Virus record (IMG/VR): IMGVR_UViG_3300028030_000038
Location: 1 to 34,440 of that record
DNA: 34,440 nt
Source of the DNA: a virus
Lineage: Duplodnaviria > Caudoviricetes
Direction: 5' to 3' (one strand)
The stretch's first letter is position 1; every line of letters begins with the position of its first letter. Position numbers and translations under genes: made by a program. Positions 17,959-28,360 of the stretch are shown one piece after another. The notes beneath the pieces are model-generated. The model worked only from the letters and a program-made list of their open reading frames with translations, was not told the origin of the DNA and did no database searches.

Positions 17959-18389
17959 AGATAATTAAGTCCATTCAAGACCACATAAAGCCAATTGCAG
18001 AGAATATGCGCTCGCAGGATATTGAAGAGCTATCAAAAGTAGATCAAACACCAGAAGATGCGCTGAATGCTGGGCTTGCATGTGCAGAGTGTTATACTGT
18101 GATTCACAATGATAAGCCTGTAATGATGTTTGGATTGCAGGGCATGGGACTATCTACTGCCATTGTTTGGGCGTTGGGTACAGACGATATTTTAACCATG
18201 AAGAAACAATTTATTAATGAATCAAAATTATGGCGTGATGCTTTTTTACGAGAGTGGCAAACCTTATACAACTATGTTGATGTTGATAATTCTGAGTCTA
18301 TTAAGTGGCTTAAATATCTAGGTGCTACTTTCAATAAACCACAGCCACGCGGAACAGGTGTATTTATGAGGTTTGAATTTAATGTGTGA
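17955..18389 (+). CDS. T7 gp13-like protein (GNAT-like fold)
   Basis: NMRSQDIEE, VWALGT, LYNYVDVDNSESIKWLKYLG.F. Confidence 0.8.
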   Translation: MKIIKSIQDHIKPIAENMRSQDIEELSKVDQTPEDALNAGLACAECYTVIHNDKPVMMFGLQGMGLSTAIVWALGTDDILTMKKQFINESKLWRDAFLREWQTLYNYVDVDNSESIKWLKYLGATFNKPQPRGTGVFMRFEFNV

Positions 18390-18861
18390 GCCAACAACAC
18401 TAATGACCATTGCAGGCGTAGCAGGTACGGCTATGACTGCTTACGGGCAAATACAGCAAGGTAAAAGCGCACAAGCTCAAGGTGAGTATAACGCTCGTGT
18501 AACTGAGAATAATGCTATTAAGGCGCGTAACCAGGGCACTGAGAAAGAGAATCAATTTAGATTACAAACTCAGCAATTAAGAAAACAACAAGAAGCACAA
18601 TTTGGGGCAAATAATGTTCAATTAGGTAGTGGTAGTGCTGCTGATATTCTCGCTCAAACTGATATGTATGGTGAGGTTGATGCTTTAAACATTCGCAATA
18701 ATACAGATGATTCAGTAGATAATTTCAATATTGATGCACAGAATGAGCGTATTAAGGGTAATAATGCTAGAAGTGCTGCCAATGTTGGTGCATTTAGTTC
18801 ATTGCTTAGTGGTGCTGGTGCAGTTAGTTCTAAGTGGTACTCGAACAGGAAACTACAATGA
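18382..18861 (+). CDS. internal virion/ejection protein (gp14-like)
   Basis: MCEPTT start with GAGG RBS; hydrophobic N-terminus, Gln/Ala-rich, GANNVQLGSGSAADI. Confidence 0.8.
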   Translation: MCEPTTLMTIAGVAGTAMTAYGQIQQGKSAQAQGEYNARVTENNAIKARNQGTEKENQFRLQTQQLRKQQEAQFGANNVQLGSGSAADILAQTDMYGEVDALNIRNNTDDSVDNFNIDAQNERIKGNNARSAANVGAFSSLLSGAGAVSSKWYSNRKLQ

Positions 18862-21218
18862 AAGTACCTCAATACCAGCAAGGTCGTGTAGCACCTGATT
18901 CAGTTAATCAGCAAAAGATTAGCGGTTTTGTTGGTGATGGTGGTTTAGGTCAACTCGGCAATGCCGTATCTGGTGTTGCTAAACAGTTTGAACAGGCACA
19001 ATTTGAAGTAGATCAAACTATTGCACAAGAAAGAATAAATCTTTTAGAGCGTGATTACCTAACAATCAAGCATGATCCTGAACATGGCTATTTTAATAAG
19101 TCTGGCAAAGATGCTTACGATGGGCGCGGTGACACCTTAAAAGCTTTAGAAATTGCCCGTAAAAATCATTTAAAAGGCCTAACCCCTGCACAGCAAAGAA
19201 TGTTTAACCGTGTTGCTGATAAAATGGATATATCTACACGACAACAAGTAGAAGTTCACGCCTCAAGAGGTATGAAAGCATGGCAAGTGGCAACCGAAGA
19301 AGCAACACGCGAAAATGCTCTTGAAAATGGTATGGTTAATTATCAGAATGATAAAGAATTAGCCGTACAACTAGCCACCATGCGAAATTCAGTAGTTAAT
19401 TCAGCAAAGATGCAGGGCATAGGCGCAGAAGCAACCAATGAACGCTTGCAGACAATGACAAGCAAGTTCTATTCAGGTGTTATCAGTCGGGCATTGGAAG
19501 ATGATACAGGGCGCGCTAAAGAACTATTTAAGCGTGTCGAAAAGCTACTGGAGCCAGCGGATAGATCGGTTGTGAAAAAAGCCATAAAAGGCACAATACA
19601 AAAACAATCCGCTATACAAATGGCAGATTCATGGATGGATAAAGGTTATTCTATCTCTAGGGGAATGGAAGAAGCTAGAAAAATCTCTGACCCATACCTA
19701 AGAGAAGCAACAGAGCAGCGCTTTAGGCAGATAAAGGGCATTGAAGAACAAGAAACAAAAAAGCGTGAGATAGAAAGCGCAGATATAGTTTGGGATGCTT
19801 ATTCAAAAGGCGAAATACCAGATAATAAATACATCGAGAATATGTCGGGACGTGCGCGTATTGCTTATAAAAATGCTGTACGGGCAGATAATGAGAGAAA
19901 GCTCAGAGAACAGGAAAAAGCAGAGAAAGAAAAAGAAACAGAAAAATACCAGCTTTATGCAGGCCAGGTCTTTGATGGTGCGTCATGGGATTCAGTCAAG
20001 GATTCAGTCAAAGATTTACCTGTAGAAAAACGGAAAAGCATTAAAGCTATTGCCATAGCCAATACTAATTATAAAAAAGCAATAGATTCAGCTAATGAGA
20101 AACAGGCTAAGGACGCTCAAAAACAATACTTTGAAGTATTAAGAAAAAGTATGCTAACTGGTGGATTAAGGTATGACACCATAGCAAAGATGCCAGAGGC
20201 ACTAAAACGACTTGATAGCACACAGATTGCAAGTTTGATGAAGGTCAGTGCTGCAATGGATAAGCCAAAAGTAGATGCCCAGGAAGCACTACGCAAGAAA
20301 CAGGCCATTTCAAGGCAATGGCAGATAGAGCAGCAGCTTTACCAGATACAAGATTACGACGAAGCAAAACGTGTCTTTATGGAAAATATTGATAAGTTTG
20401 AAACAATCGGTGAGCGCAACCGTGTATTGAATAAATTAAACTCACTTAATAAAGAGCGCGCTAAAGCAGGTCATGTCGATACCGTTATACCGATAATGAA
20501 GCGTATTAAGGCCGTTGCTGGCAAAGACGAAGCAAAGCAAATGGCTTTATGGCAAGAATGGGATGCGTTTCAAATGGCCGTTGCTTCTACTGGTCAAAAA
20601 GTTGACGCGAAACAAACAGACAAATTTTTTCGTGATGCTATTGCCAACAAAGAAAATAGCTCATGGGGTACATCTTTTGAGGAAAGTATTAGTGGATTGG
20701 GGGTGCAGGAATCAAAGAACTTCTTACAGGGAGAAATGGCAAAACAAAGAGATAAATCAAATGCTAACTATGTAAGAGGTTTCCGAGAAAGGTTTATACA
20801 GGACGCTGCGAAAACGTCAGGAATACCAGATTTTGTAATAAAGAAACAAGTAGGTCAGGAGAGCGGATACAACCGCAACGCCAAAAGCCCGACAGGTGTC
20901 AAAGGGCTTCACCAGATTACAACCTCAACAGCCAAAGCCTATGGGTTCGACCCTAAGCGGGTGAGAAGTAATCGCAAAGAAGATGAAGCATACCAATGGA
21001 ACGCCTATGCAACCATTATGCGCGACATGAAAAAGCAAATGGGTGGGAGTGTAAAATGGGCGTTGGTTGCCTATAATGCAGGGCCAGGCAACGCAAAACG
21101 GATGCGAGCAGGAAAAATGCCACTCCCTATTAAGAAAAAAGGCAAGGTAATTAAGACGGCAAAGCAGGTAAAAGCTGAGGCATTAGGATACATTAGACAC
21201 ATTTTAGGCTCTGAATAA
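18858..21218 (+). CDS. internal virion/ejection protein (gp15-like) with a C-terminal lytic transglycosylase
   Basis: MKVPQY start (ATGA overlap); helical body; SLT motifs QESGYNRNAKS, GVKGLHQI, ALVAYNAGPG. Confidence 0.85.
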   Translation: MKVPQYQQGRVAPDSVNQQKISGFVGDGGLGQLGNAVSGVAKQFEQAQFEVDQTIAQERINLLERDYLTIKHDPEHGYFNKSGKDAYDGRGDTLKALEIARKNHLKGLTPAQQRMFNRVADKMDISTRQQVEVHASRGMKAWQVATEEATRENALENGMVNYQNDKELAVQLATMRNSVVNSAKMQGIGAEATNERLQTMTSKFYSGVISRALEDDTGRAKELFKRVEKLLEPADRSVVKKAIKGTIQKQSAIQMADSWMDKGYSISRGMEEARKISDPYLREATEQRFRQIKGIEEQETKKREIESADIVWDAYSKGEIPDNKYIENMSGRARIAYKNAVRADNERKLREQEKAEKEKETEKYQLYAGQVFDGASWDSVKDSVKDLPVEKRKSIKAIAIANTNYKKAIDSANEKQAKDAQKQYFEVLRKSMLTGGLRYDTIAKMPEALKRLDSTQIASLMKVSAAMDKPKVDAQEALRKKQAISRQWQIEQQLYQIQDYDEAKRVFMENIDKFETIGERNRVLNKLNSLNKERAKAGHVDTVIPIMKRIKAVAGKDEAKQMALWQEWDAFQMAVASTGQKVDAKQTDKFFRDAIANKENSSWGTSFEESISGLGVQESKNFLQGEMAKQRDKSNANYVRGFRERFIQDAAKTSGIPDFVIKKQVGQESGYNRNAKSPTGVKGLHQITTSTAKAYGFDPKRVRSNRKEDEAYQWNAYATIMRDMKKQMGGSVKWALVAYNAGPGNAKRMRAGKMPLPIKKKGKVIKTAKQVKAEALGYIRHILGSE

Positions 21219-24200
21219 TGAGTGAATTTGATTTGATACCAGAACCAAAAGAAGTAGATGGGGATTTTAACCTTGGTCTTACTCCTGAAATTACTTTTGA
21301 TGATATTCCAGAGCCAGACGCGATGCAGTCACCGCAAAGCACACCTGATATTCTTGATGAAATACTTTACCAAAGTGCAGATGTAAACCCAAAAGATGCA
21401 GCTGATTTTACTCGCCTGTCAAAAAAATATGACCTACCCGTGCCTGAAGCAAAAAACGCATTGCCAGAACTTCGTAAAAAGGAAAAGGTAGAAAGTTTTA
21501 ATATCGAAGAAATGCGCCAGAACTACCCTGGACTTAAAAAAATGATAGAGGGTAATCCTACTTTAGCATGGGTGTTTAGAGACCATATTGATAACTTGAA
21601 AGGGTTGGAGGACTTGGCTCAGGGTAATAACAAAAATTCAGCAGTAGGCAATATGCTAAGAAATGCTGGTGAGCGTGTAACTACTCTTGCTGGTAATGCA
21701 GTTGGTTTCGTTGATACCGTATCAAACAGCATTGAAGAAACTCTGCAAGAACACAATATGGGGTTGGGTGAAATCACCTATCGGCAGCCCAAAGACTGGA
21801 AGGAAGTATTTACCTTTGGGAATATTGGCTATCGAAGCGGTGCCGAGGCGCAAAAGCTCAAAGATGAAGGCAATTACCCCAAAAGCCTAACAACACAACT
21901 GGCGGATACGATAAAAGATACGAAGTTTGGTTATGTTCCAGATGCCACATGGGAAAGCGTCAAAAAGAAATTTAAAGACGGTGGCGCTTTAAGTGCCGAC
22001 TCATGGGGTGAATTAATCGCTTATTCCTTTGAAACAGGTGGTGCATCACTTGTTGATATGGGCGCGATGGTAGCCAATCTCCCTGTTTATATCGCCTCAC
22101 GTGCTAAAGAAATGGGCGACGTGAGGTCTAAAAATAAAGGGTTAAAAGAAACTACAGGACAAGAAATAGCAGAAGCTACACCGTTCGTTATTGGTTCAGT
22201 TCTACTTGACAAGCTTTCATTGGGCAAAATGCTAGGTGTTGGCAAGGCTGCAAACGAAACAGCCGAAAAAATAGGCAAAGATGCCCTTGAATACACCTAT
22301 AAGAAAGCAGTGAAGGAAGCTGGAAAAGCAACTGGCTTTGAAATGACCACTGAGTTTGTTCAAGAAGGCTTGATTGAATACGTTGGTGAGAAGTTTGGAA
22401 CAAAGGCAAAAATGCGGGCGCAGGAAGCCTTTGACAGGGGTTTAGGTGGGGCAGTTGCAGCAGGGCCATTGTCAGCTTCAATAAGTACGGCTTCAGGTGT
22501 CGTAAACACAAGAGAGGCAGCAAAACAAAAAGCGTTAAAAGTAGAAACTGAAATAGCTCAAAAAACAGTACAGGGTGCTACCGATCAAGACAAGCTCGAT
22601 CAATACACAAGCCTAGCACAATCACTCATAGAGCAAAGCCCCGAATCAGCCAATGAAGTTCTTGAATCAATGCAAGAGCAATACCCTGATATGCCCTCTC
22701 ATGTCACCATCCAGGCGCGAGATTTAAAAGAGGGAATATCAGAGGTAGAAATAACGCCAGAGGTAGAAAAATACTACTCTGAAATATTAGAAGGTATGCC
22801 AACCAATGAAGATATTGAAATACCTTTAACCGAATATGCTCAATACTTTGCGGAAAGTGGTACGATACGCGAGAACGTGCGCCTATCCCCTGATGGTATG
22901 TCAATCCTTGATATAAAGAACGCTGAACCAGCGATGAATGCCATTACTGAGCGCATGATGAAAGAAGCTGACCTGAGTATCAAAGAGCATGAAAAATCAG
23001 TAGAGATTTACAATTCCATTGCCGACCAGCTTTATGACACTGGAAAACTATCAAGCCGTGAAGCTAAACTAGCAGCTAGTCTTTATCCTGCTTATATGGC
23101 CCGCGCTGCCAAAGAGCATGGCATAACCATTGAGGAAGCTTACAACACAATACCTGGTATTAATATCACGGCTAAGGATGAAGTCGCGCCAGAGAAAGCA
23201 TTGGAGCAAGCTAAGACTGAAACAATCGGAGAATTAACAGCAAGGCTGAGTGCAAACTACCCTATAAAGTCATTATCATTACAAGATGGTGATGTGCTTA
23301 CGCTATCAGATATTGAGATTGAAAAAGACAGTAGAAAATCTGGCGAAGGTTCAAAAGTAATACAAGAAATTATTGATTATGCTGATTCAGTTGGAAAACG
23401 TATTGAGCTTACGCCTGATAAAAAAGAAGGTGCTGGAACTACATCTATAAACCGTTTAAAGAAGTTTTATAAATCTCATGGTTTTATTGAGAATAAAGGT
23501 AAAAATAAAGACTTCTCTACAACTCATGGCATGTACAGAGAGCCAGCAAAAGGCTTAAAAAAAGACAGTGCCAACCTACTTGCTCAATCAAAACAGGCAG
23601 AAAGTGGGGGGGTGTCACAAACAGAAACGCCAGAGTTTAAAGCATGGTTTGGTAACTCAGAAGTGGTAGACAAAAAAGGCGAACCATTAATTGTTTATCA
23701 TGGTTCGCCTTCTGAATTTGATGTATTTGACCAAAAAAGAATAGGTGCTTCAGCAACTGCGGAGGGGTACGGATTCTATTTTACTGACAATAAAGATATA
23801 GCCAAAGGTTACACAGGTAAGGATGGTAACTTGATGAAAGTATATCTTTCCATGAAAAAACCAATAGATACTAAGAATAAAAGATTTTCTGTTAGTGAAT
23901 TGAAAAAGATAATCAATACGGCTATTGATAACGAGATAAAAAAGTATGATGGTGAAATAGAGGACTACAAAGACAGCTTTATCTCTAATTATGTTGATAC
24001 CTATGGTATGTCTAGGGATGCGGCTGTTTCAGAAGTTGCTCAAATACTCTATGATAATAATGATAACGCAGTGGATCAAATTTCAGAGCTTGTGAATGTC
24101 TATGGTGATAAGGAAGATGTAGCAAGAGCGGTAACTGAATCAACGGGCTATGACGGTTATCACGTAAAAGACTTTCAAGATGGAGAGGGTGATGTTTATA

Positions 24201-27200
24201 TCGCATGGTTCCCTGAGCAAATAAAATCAGCAACAGACAATTCAGGCGCGTTTGACCCTAACGATCCAAGCATTCTAAAGCAAGAAAACCGCGCCTCAAT
24301 CCAGCGCACAAAGAGCGAATACCTGATTAACTTAGGTAAACAATCAGACCGTAGCTCGTTCCTGCATGAATCAGGACACTTATTTCTTGACCTAGAGAAA
24401 ACCTTTGCAGAAAAGTACGGCTTAACAGATAACCAAAAAGCAATACTCGCATATCTCGAAGTAGATAGTTTTGATGATATTGATTTCTTCAAATACGTTG
24501 ATATGGAAACCCGCCTAAAAGCTGGTGAAGATATTGGCATGAGCAATAAAGAGCTTAAATCAAAGCTTGATACTGCCAGGGCTGCACATGAAAAGTTTGC
24601 TGAATCGTTTGAGGCTTATCTACACACAGGAAAAGCCCCATCGGTAGAGTTACGCAATGCGTTTAGGGCTTTTCGTGATTGGTTAATAGGCGTTTATAAA
24701 TCACTCGTTCCACACGGCATTACGCTATCTAAAGACACCACAGATATGTTTGACAGTTTACTTGCCACTGAAGAGCAGATAGCGGAAATGGAGGCGACCT
24801 ATCACTATGAAGAAGATGTAAAGGCAACGACTAAGGCAAAGGAAATTTTACAGACACAGTTGTTTAAGGAGCTTTACAAGCGCGCCTCTGATGATTGGAA
24901 GTACGAAAAAGCCAAAATAGCCAACGAAATTAAAAAGGACTTAGAGGAAAGCGATTTATACAAAGCTGAGGACTTTATATCTAAAAAAGAGAATCGCCTT
25001 GATGAACAGCAAGTAGGTGAGGCATTAGGTTATAGAGAACCTAAAAGCACGAGAAAGAAAGAACTTGATCCTAGTCAAGATAGTTTACTTGTAGCTATTG
25101 CTAAATTGGGCGGTATTGACCGCGAACACGCAGAACAGCATGGTATTAACCCTGCCTATTGGTCTGGTAAACGTAACCTTTCTAATTCATTAGTTCCCAC
25201 CAAGCCAGTGTTTCGTGCTAAAAATGGATTATTTCTGTCTGATTTAATGGAAAAGTTGGGTGATGAAGGATATGTTGATTATAACAATCAGTCAGAAAAT
25301 GATTTATTGAATATGATCGACGATGAACTACGTGGTGTCGAGCATTATTCTAACAGGTATGAGCCTGATTTATCAGAATACACAGAAGAAGATGCAAACG
25401 CTGAATATCCAAGAAAGCCAAAGCGTTTATACGGCACCACGGCTAAAAATGGGCTTGATATTGATCTTGTTGCAGAACAGTTTGGTTATTCATCTGGTGA
25501 AACTATGCTGCGCGATCTGGCAGAATCCAATCCTATTGATGTTGAGGCATCTAACCAGGCGCAAGAAATAATGCTCGAAAGGCATGGAGACATTTTAAAC
25601 GATGGCTCTCTTGAAGAACTTGCAAAAGAAGAAGCGTTTAGTGAGGAACGAGGTCGCGCATTAATCCGTGAACTTAAAAAGCTAAACAAAAAACAAACGT
25701 CTGGCATAAACCGTGAAATGCTACAGCGTTCAGCAGAAAATATCATTGCTAATACGCCATTAAATAAACTACGCCCTGAGCAGTATCACAGAAAAGAAGT
25801 AAAAGCCTCACAAGAATACCAGCAGTACAAAGCTAATGATGATAAAGATATGATGGTCCAGGCTAAAATGGATCAGCTTATTAACTTCTATTTGTACCGT
25901 GAAGCGCGCAAGGCTAAAGAACAATCAGAGAAATACCGCGATTATTTGCAGAAAGTAAAAACACGCAAGTACAGTGCTGGAACGGTTGATTCTGAATACA
26001 TTAATCATGTTAAAAAGTACGTTGCATTGTTTGAGTTTAGAAAGAATCCCGATAAAACAAATGCACTTACTGAACTGCAAAACTTATCAAATTGGGTGCA
26101 ACAGCAGAACTTAACCAATCCAGAAGGATATAAACCACAATTTTATCATCCACTACTTGCTGAACTCGCCGATCCAGAAGTAGATAGTTCTCAATTAAAA
26201 ATTAAGAGCTATAAGGAAATGACACCAGATGAACTACGGCAGATAAACGAAATGACAAAACACTTGTTATTTATTGGTCGTAAATTATCGAATGACAGCA
26301 AGATGGAGGCTAAGCAGGTTGTTTATGATCTTGAAAAAGCAGCAGAAAAAAACCTGACAAAAAAGAACAATCCAAAACGTAAAAAAGATGAGAGCTGGCG
26401 TGATACGTTTAGTTTTTGGGCGCAAGCCAGCACCATGCTACATATACGAGAACTTGATGGAACATTAAATAAGCGCGCAAAAATGGCAGACGGTGCGTTC
26501 TATAAGAACATCTGGACACCTATCCTTGAATCATCGAATGTTCATGTTGAGCTTGAAGAAGAACTGGACAATGCAATTAAAGAGCAAATACGCCCATACT
26601 TTGATAGGTTGAAAGGAAAGTCAAAAGACTTTGATACTGAGGGCGGAACTCTAACGCTTGATGGTGAGCAAAGGATTATGTTTGCGGTGTATTATGGCTC
26701 TGAAGAATCTCGCCAGGCATTGCTTGAAAATGGAGGTGCCAATAGTGGTTCAATACTAGAGCATCAGGCACAGACTATTCTTGATTCATTAAGCGATGAA
26801 GATATCAAGATTGTTGAAGCAATTTGGAAGATAAACGAATCTCTACGCAGCCGTGTATTCCAAACTGAAAGAGATATTAACGGTATCGCACCTAAAGCGG
26901 TTGAAGCCGTGCCATTTACAGTAAATGGCAAAGAACTGAAAGGTGGATACCAGCGGATCAAATATGAGAGTCATGCTAAAGATGAATTAGGTCGTGATGA
27001 TCCAATGACTGCTGCCATGAATAGTATTGGTCGTGCTGGTATTAGCATGAGCAAAACAGGCTCAACTATTGAGCGTAAAGGCTCTGGCGGACGTACATTA
27101 GCTCTTGAATTTAATAATTTCACTGGATCGTTACAAGAAAACGTACAATTTATTGCTTATGCAAAAACCTCCAGACAGGTACACCAGATATTATCTAATC

Positions 27201-28360
27201 CTGATTTAAAAGCAACACTGCAAGAGCGGTTAGGTGATGATAGATACAGGGCAATGATTGATAGTATCAATGGTACGTTTGTTGGTGAAACCATAGGTAA
27301 TTTTGGAAGAAGTAAAGCGGTAAACTTTTTCAGAAATGCTAGGCAAAAAATGTCAGTCGCCATGCTCATGTATTCGTTCAGAAACATAGTACAGCAGGTT
27401 ATTGGTGGAACTAACCTAATGGTCAATTTAAAAACTGCGGATTATTCAAAAGCCGCCTTTGATTTCATGGGTGATACAAAAGAATGGACTGATTTTGTTG
27501 AATCACGCTCACCCATGATGCGTAACCGGATGAAGTTTACCAATCGTGAAGTAAACGAAATGGTTGGAAGCCTGGCTAATTCTGCTGATAATAGCTTTAT
27601 AGCTGGTGCAAAACGCTACGGATTCGCGCCACAAACGGCGATTGATAAAGCAATGGGTATGCCAGCATGGTTAGCTGCCTATCGTGATGGCATGGCGATG
27701 TATGGCAACGAGGAGCAAGCGATACAACATGCAGACCAGTTGATTGTTGATGCTCTCGGTTCTGGACAGTCAAAAGACCTACCGCCATTATTTACGGGTG
27801 CCGGGCAAGGAGGCAACCCATTAGCTATCGAAGCAATGAAGCAATTTAGCTTTATGGGTTCGTTCTTCAATATGGTGGGCCAGCAGTATTATAGAACCAT
27901 TAAAGGTAATAAACTATCCACAGTTAAAGGAGCAACAACAGCAGCACGTGATATGGCCTGGACACTGGTAATTCCTGCAATACTATCTGCATTAGTAGTA
28001 GATGATATTCCAGATGAAGAAGAATGGTGGAAATGGTCGCTTAGAAAAATAGGTGGATACGGGTTATCATCTATCATTGGGATCAGAGAAATATACTCAT
28101 TATCAGTAGAAGGGTTTGCGCCTAGTTCACCTGCTGCTAACACTTATAAGGCAATGGATAGGATATTCAAATCCACTAACTCAGTGGTTGTCGGTGATAA
28201 AGAGTTTAGCGCTGAGTATATAGCAAAGATGCTAAAAGCAACGGCACCATTTTTGGGGATTCCAGGTCAATATCAAGCGGCGCGAATGATTGAAGGCGCA
28301 GTAGATGATAATCAGGATATATACGGTGCTTTAACAGAAGGAAAGGAACGTAATAAATGA
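21218..28360 (+). CDS. large ejection / polyvalent protein (gp16 position) with GNAT, ART-like and zincin domains
   Basis: 2380 aa. GNAT: SRKSGEGSKVI...RLKKFYKSHGF. ART-PolyVal-like: FKAWFG.S.VVD..GEPLIVYHGS...GFYFT...QIKSATDNSGAFD. Zincin: FLHESGH...HEKFAESFE. Confidence 0.85.
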   Translation: MSEFDLIPEPKEVDGDFNLGLTPEITFDDIPEPDAMQSPQSTPDILDEILYQSADVNPKDAADFTRLSKKYDLPVPEAKNALPELRKKEKVESFNIEEMRQNYPGLKKMIEGNPTLAWVFRDHIDNLKGLEDLAQGNNKNSAVGNMLRNAGERVTTLAGNAVGFVDTVSNSIEETLQEHNMGLGEITYRQPKDWKEVFTFGNIGYRSGAEAQKLKDEGNYPKSLTTQLADTIKDTKFGYVPDATWESVKKKFKDGGALSADSWGELIAYSFETGGASLVDMGAMVANLPVYIASRAKEMGDVRSKNKGLKETTGQEIAEATPFVIGSVLLDKLSLGKMLGVGKAANETAEKIGKDALEYTYKKAVKEAGKATGFEMTTEFVQEGLIEYVGEKFGTKAKMRAQEAFDRGLGGAVAAGPLSASISTASGVVNTREAAKQKALKVETEIAQKTVQGATDQDKLDQYTSLAQSLIEQSPESANEVLESMQEQYPDMPSHVTIQARDLKEGISEVEITPEVEKYYSEILEGMPTNEDIEIPLTEYAQYFAESGTIRENVRLSPDGMSILDIKNAEPAMNAITERMMKEADLSIKEHEKSVEIYNSIADQLYDTGKLSSREAKLAASLYPAYMARAAKEHGITIEEAYNTIPGINITAKDEVAPEKALEQAKTETIGELTARLSANYPIKSLSLQDGDVLTLSDIEIEKDSRKSGEGSKVIQEIIDYADSVGKRIELTPDKKEGAGTTSINRLKKFYKSHGFIENKGKNKDFSTTHGMYREPAKGLKKDSANLLAQSKQAESGGVSQTETPEFKAWFGNSEVVDKKGEPLIVYHGSPSEFDVFDQKRIGASATAEGYGFYFTDNKDIAKGYTGKDGNLMKVYLSMKKPIDTKNKRFSVSELKKIINTAIDNEIKKYDGEIEDYKDSFISNYVDTYGMSRDAAVSEVAQILYDNNDNAVDQISELVNVYGDKEDVARAVTESTGYDGYHVKDFQDGEGDVYIAWFPEQIKSATDNSGAFDPNDPSILKQENRASIQRTKSEYLINLGKQSDRSSFLHESGHLFLDLEKTFAEKYGLTDNQKAILAYLEVDSFDDIDFFKYVDMETRLKAGEDIGMSNKELKSKLDTARAAHEKFAESFEAYLHTGKAPSVELRNAFRAFRDWLIGVYKSLVPHGITLSKDTTDMFDSLLATEEQIAEMEATYHYEEDVKATTKAKEILQTQLFKELYKRASDDWKYEKAKIANEIKKDLEESDLYKAEDFISKKENRLDEQQVGEALGYREPKSTRKKELDPSQDSLLVAIAKLGGIDREHAEQHGINPAYWSGKRNLSNSLVPTKPVFRAKNGLFLSDLMEKLGDEGYVDYNNQSENDLLNMIDDELRGVEHYSNRYEPDLSEYTEEDANAEYPRKPKRLYGTTAKNGLDIDLVAEQFGYSSGETMLRDLAESNPIDVEASNQAQEIMLERHGDILNDGSLEELAKEEAFSEERGRALIRELKKLNKKQTSGINREMLQRSAENIIANTPLNKLRPEQYHRKEVKASQEYQQYKANDDKDMMVQAKMDQLINFYLYREARKAKEQSEKYRDYLQKVKTRKYSAGTVDSEYINHVKKYVALFEFRKNPDKTNALTELQNLSNWVQQQNLTNPEGYKPQFYHPLLAELADPEVDSSQLKIKSYKEMTPDELRQINEMTKHLLFIGRKLSNDSKMEAKQVVYDLEKAAEKNLTKKNNPKRKKDESWRDTFSFWAQASTMLHIRELDGTLNKRAKMADGAFYKNIWTPILESSNVHVELEEELDNAIKEQIRPYFDRLKGKSKDFDTEGGTLTLDGEQRIMFAVYYGSEESRQALLENGGANSGSILEHQAQTILDSLSDEDIKIVEAIWKINESLRSRVFQTERDINGIAPKAVEAVPFTVNGKELKGGYQRIKYESHAKDELGRDDPMTAAMNSIGRAGISMSKTGSTIERKGSGGRTLALEFNNFTGSLQENVQFIAYAKTSRQVHQILSNPDLKATLQERLGDDRYRAMIDSINGTFVGETIGNFGRSKAVNFFRNARQKMSVAMLMYSFRNIVQQVIGGTNLMVNLKTADYSKAAFDFMGDTKEWTDFVESRSPMMRNRMKFTNREVNEMVGSLANSADNSFIAGAKRYGFAPQTAIDKAMGMPAWLAAYRDGMAMYGNEEQAIQHADQLIVDALGSGQSKDLPPLFTGAGQGGNPLAIEAMKQFSFMGSFFNMVGQQYYRTIKGNKLSTVKGATTAARDMAWTLVIPAILSALVVDDIPDEEEWWKWSLRKIGGYGLSSIIGIREIYSLSVEGFAPSSPAANTYKAMDRIFKSTNSVVVGDKEFSAEYIAKMLKATAPFLGIPGQYQAARMIEGAVDDNQDIYGALTEGKERNK

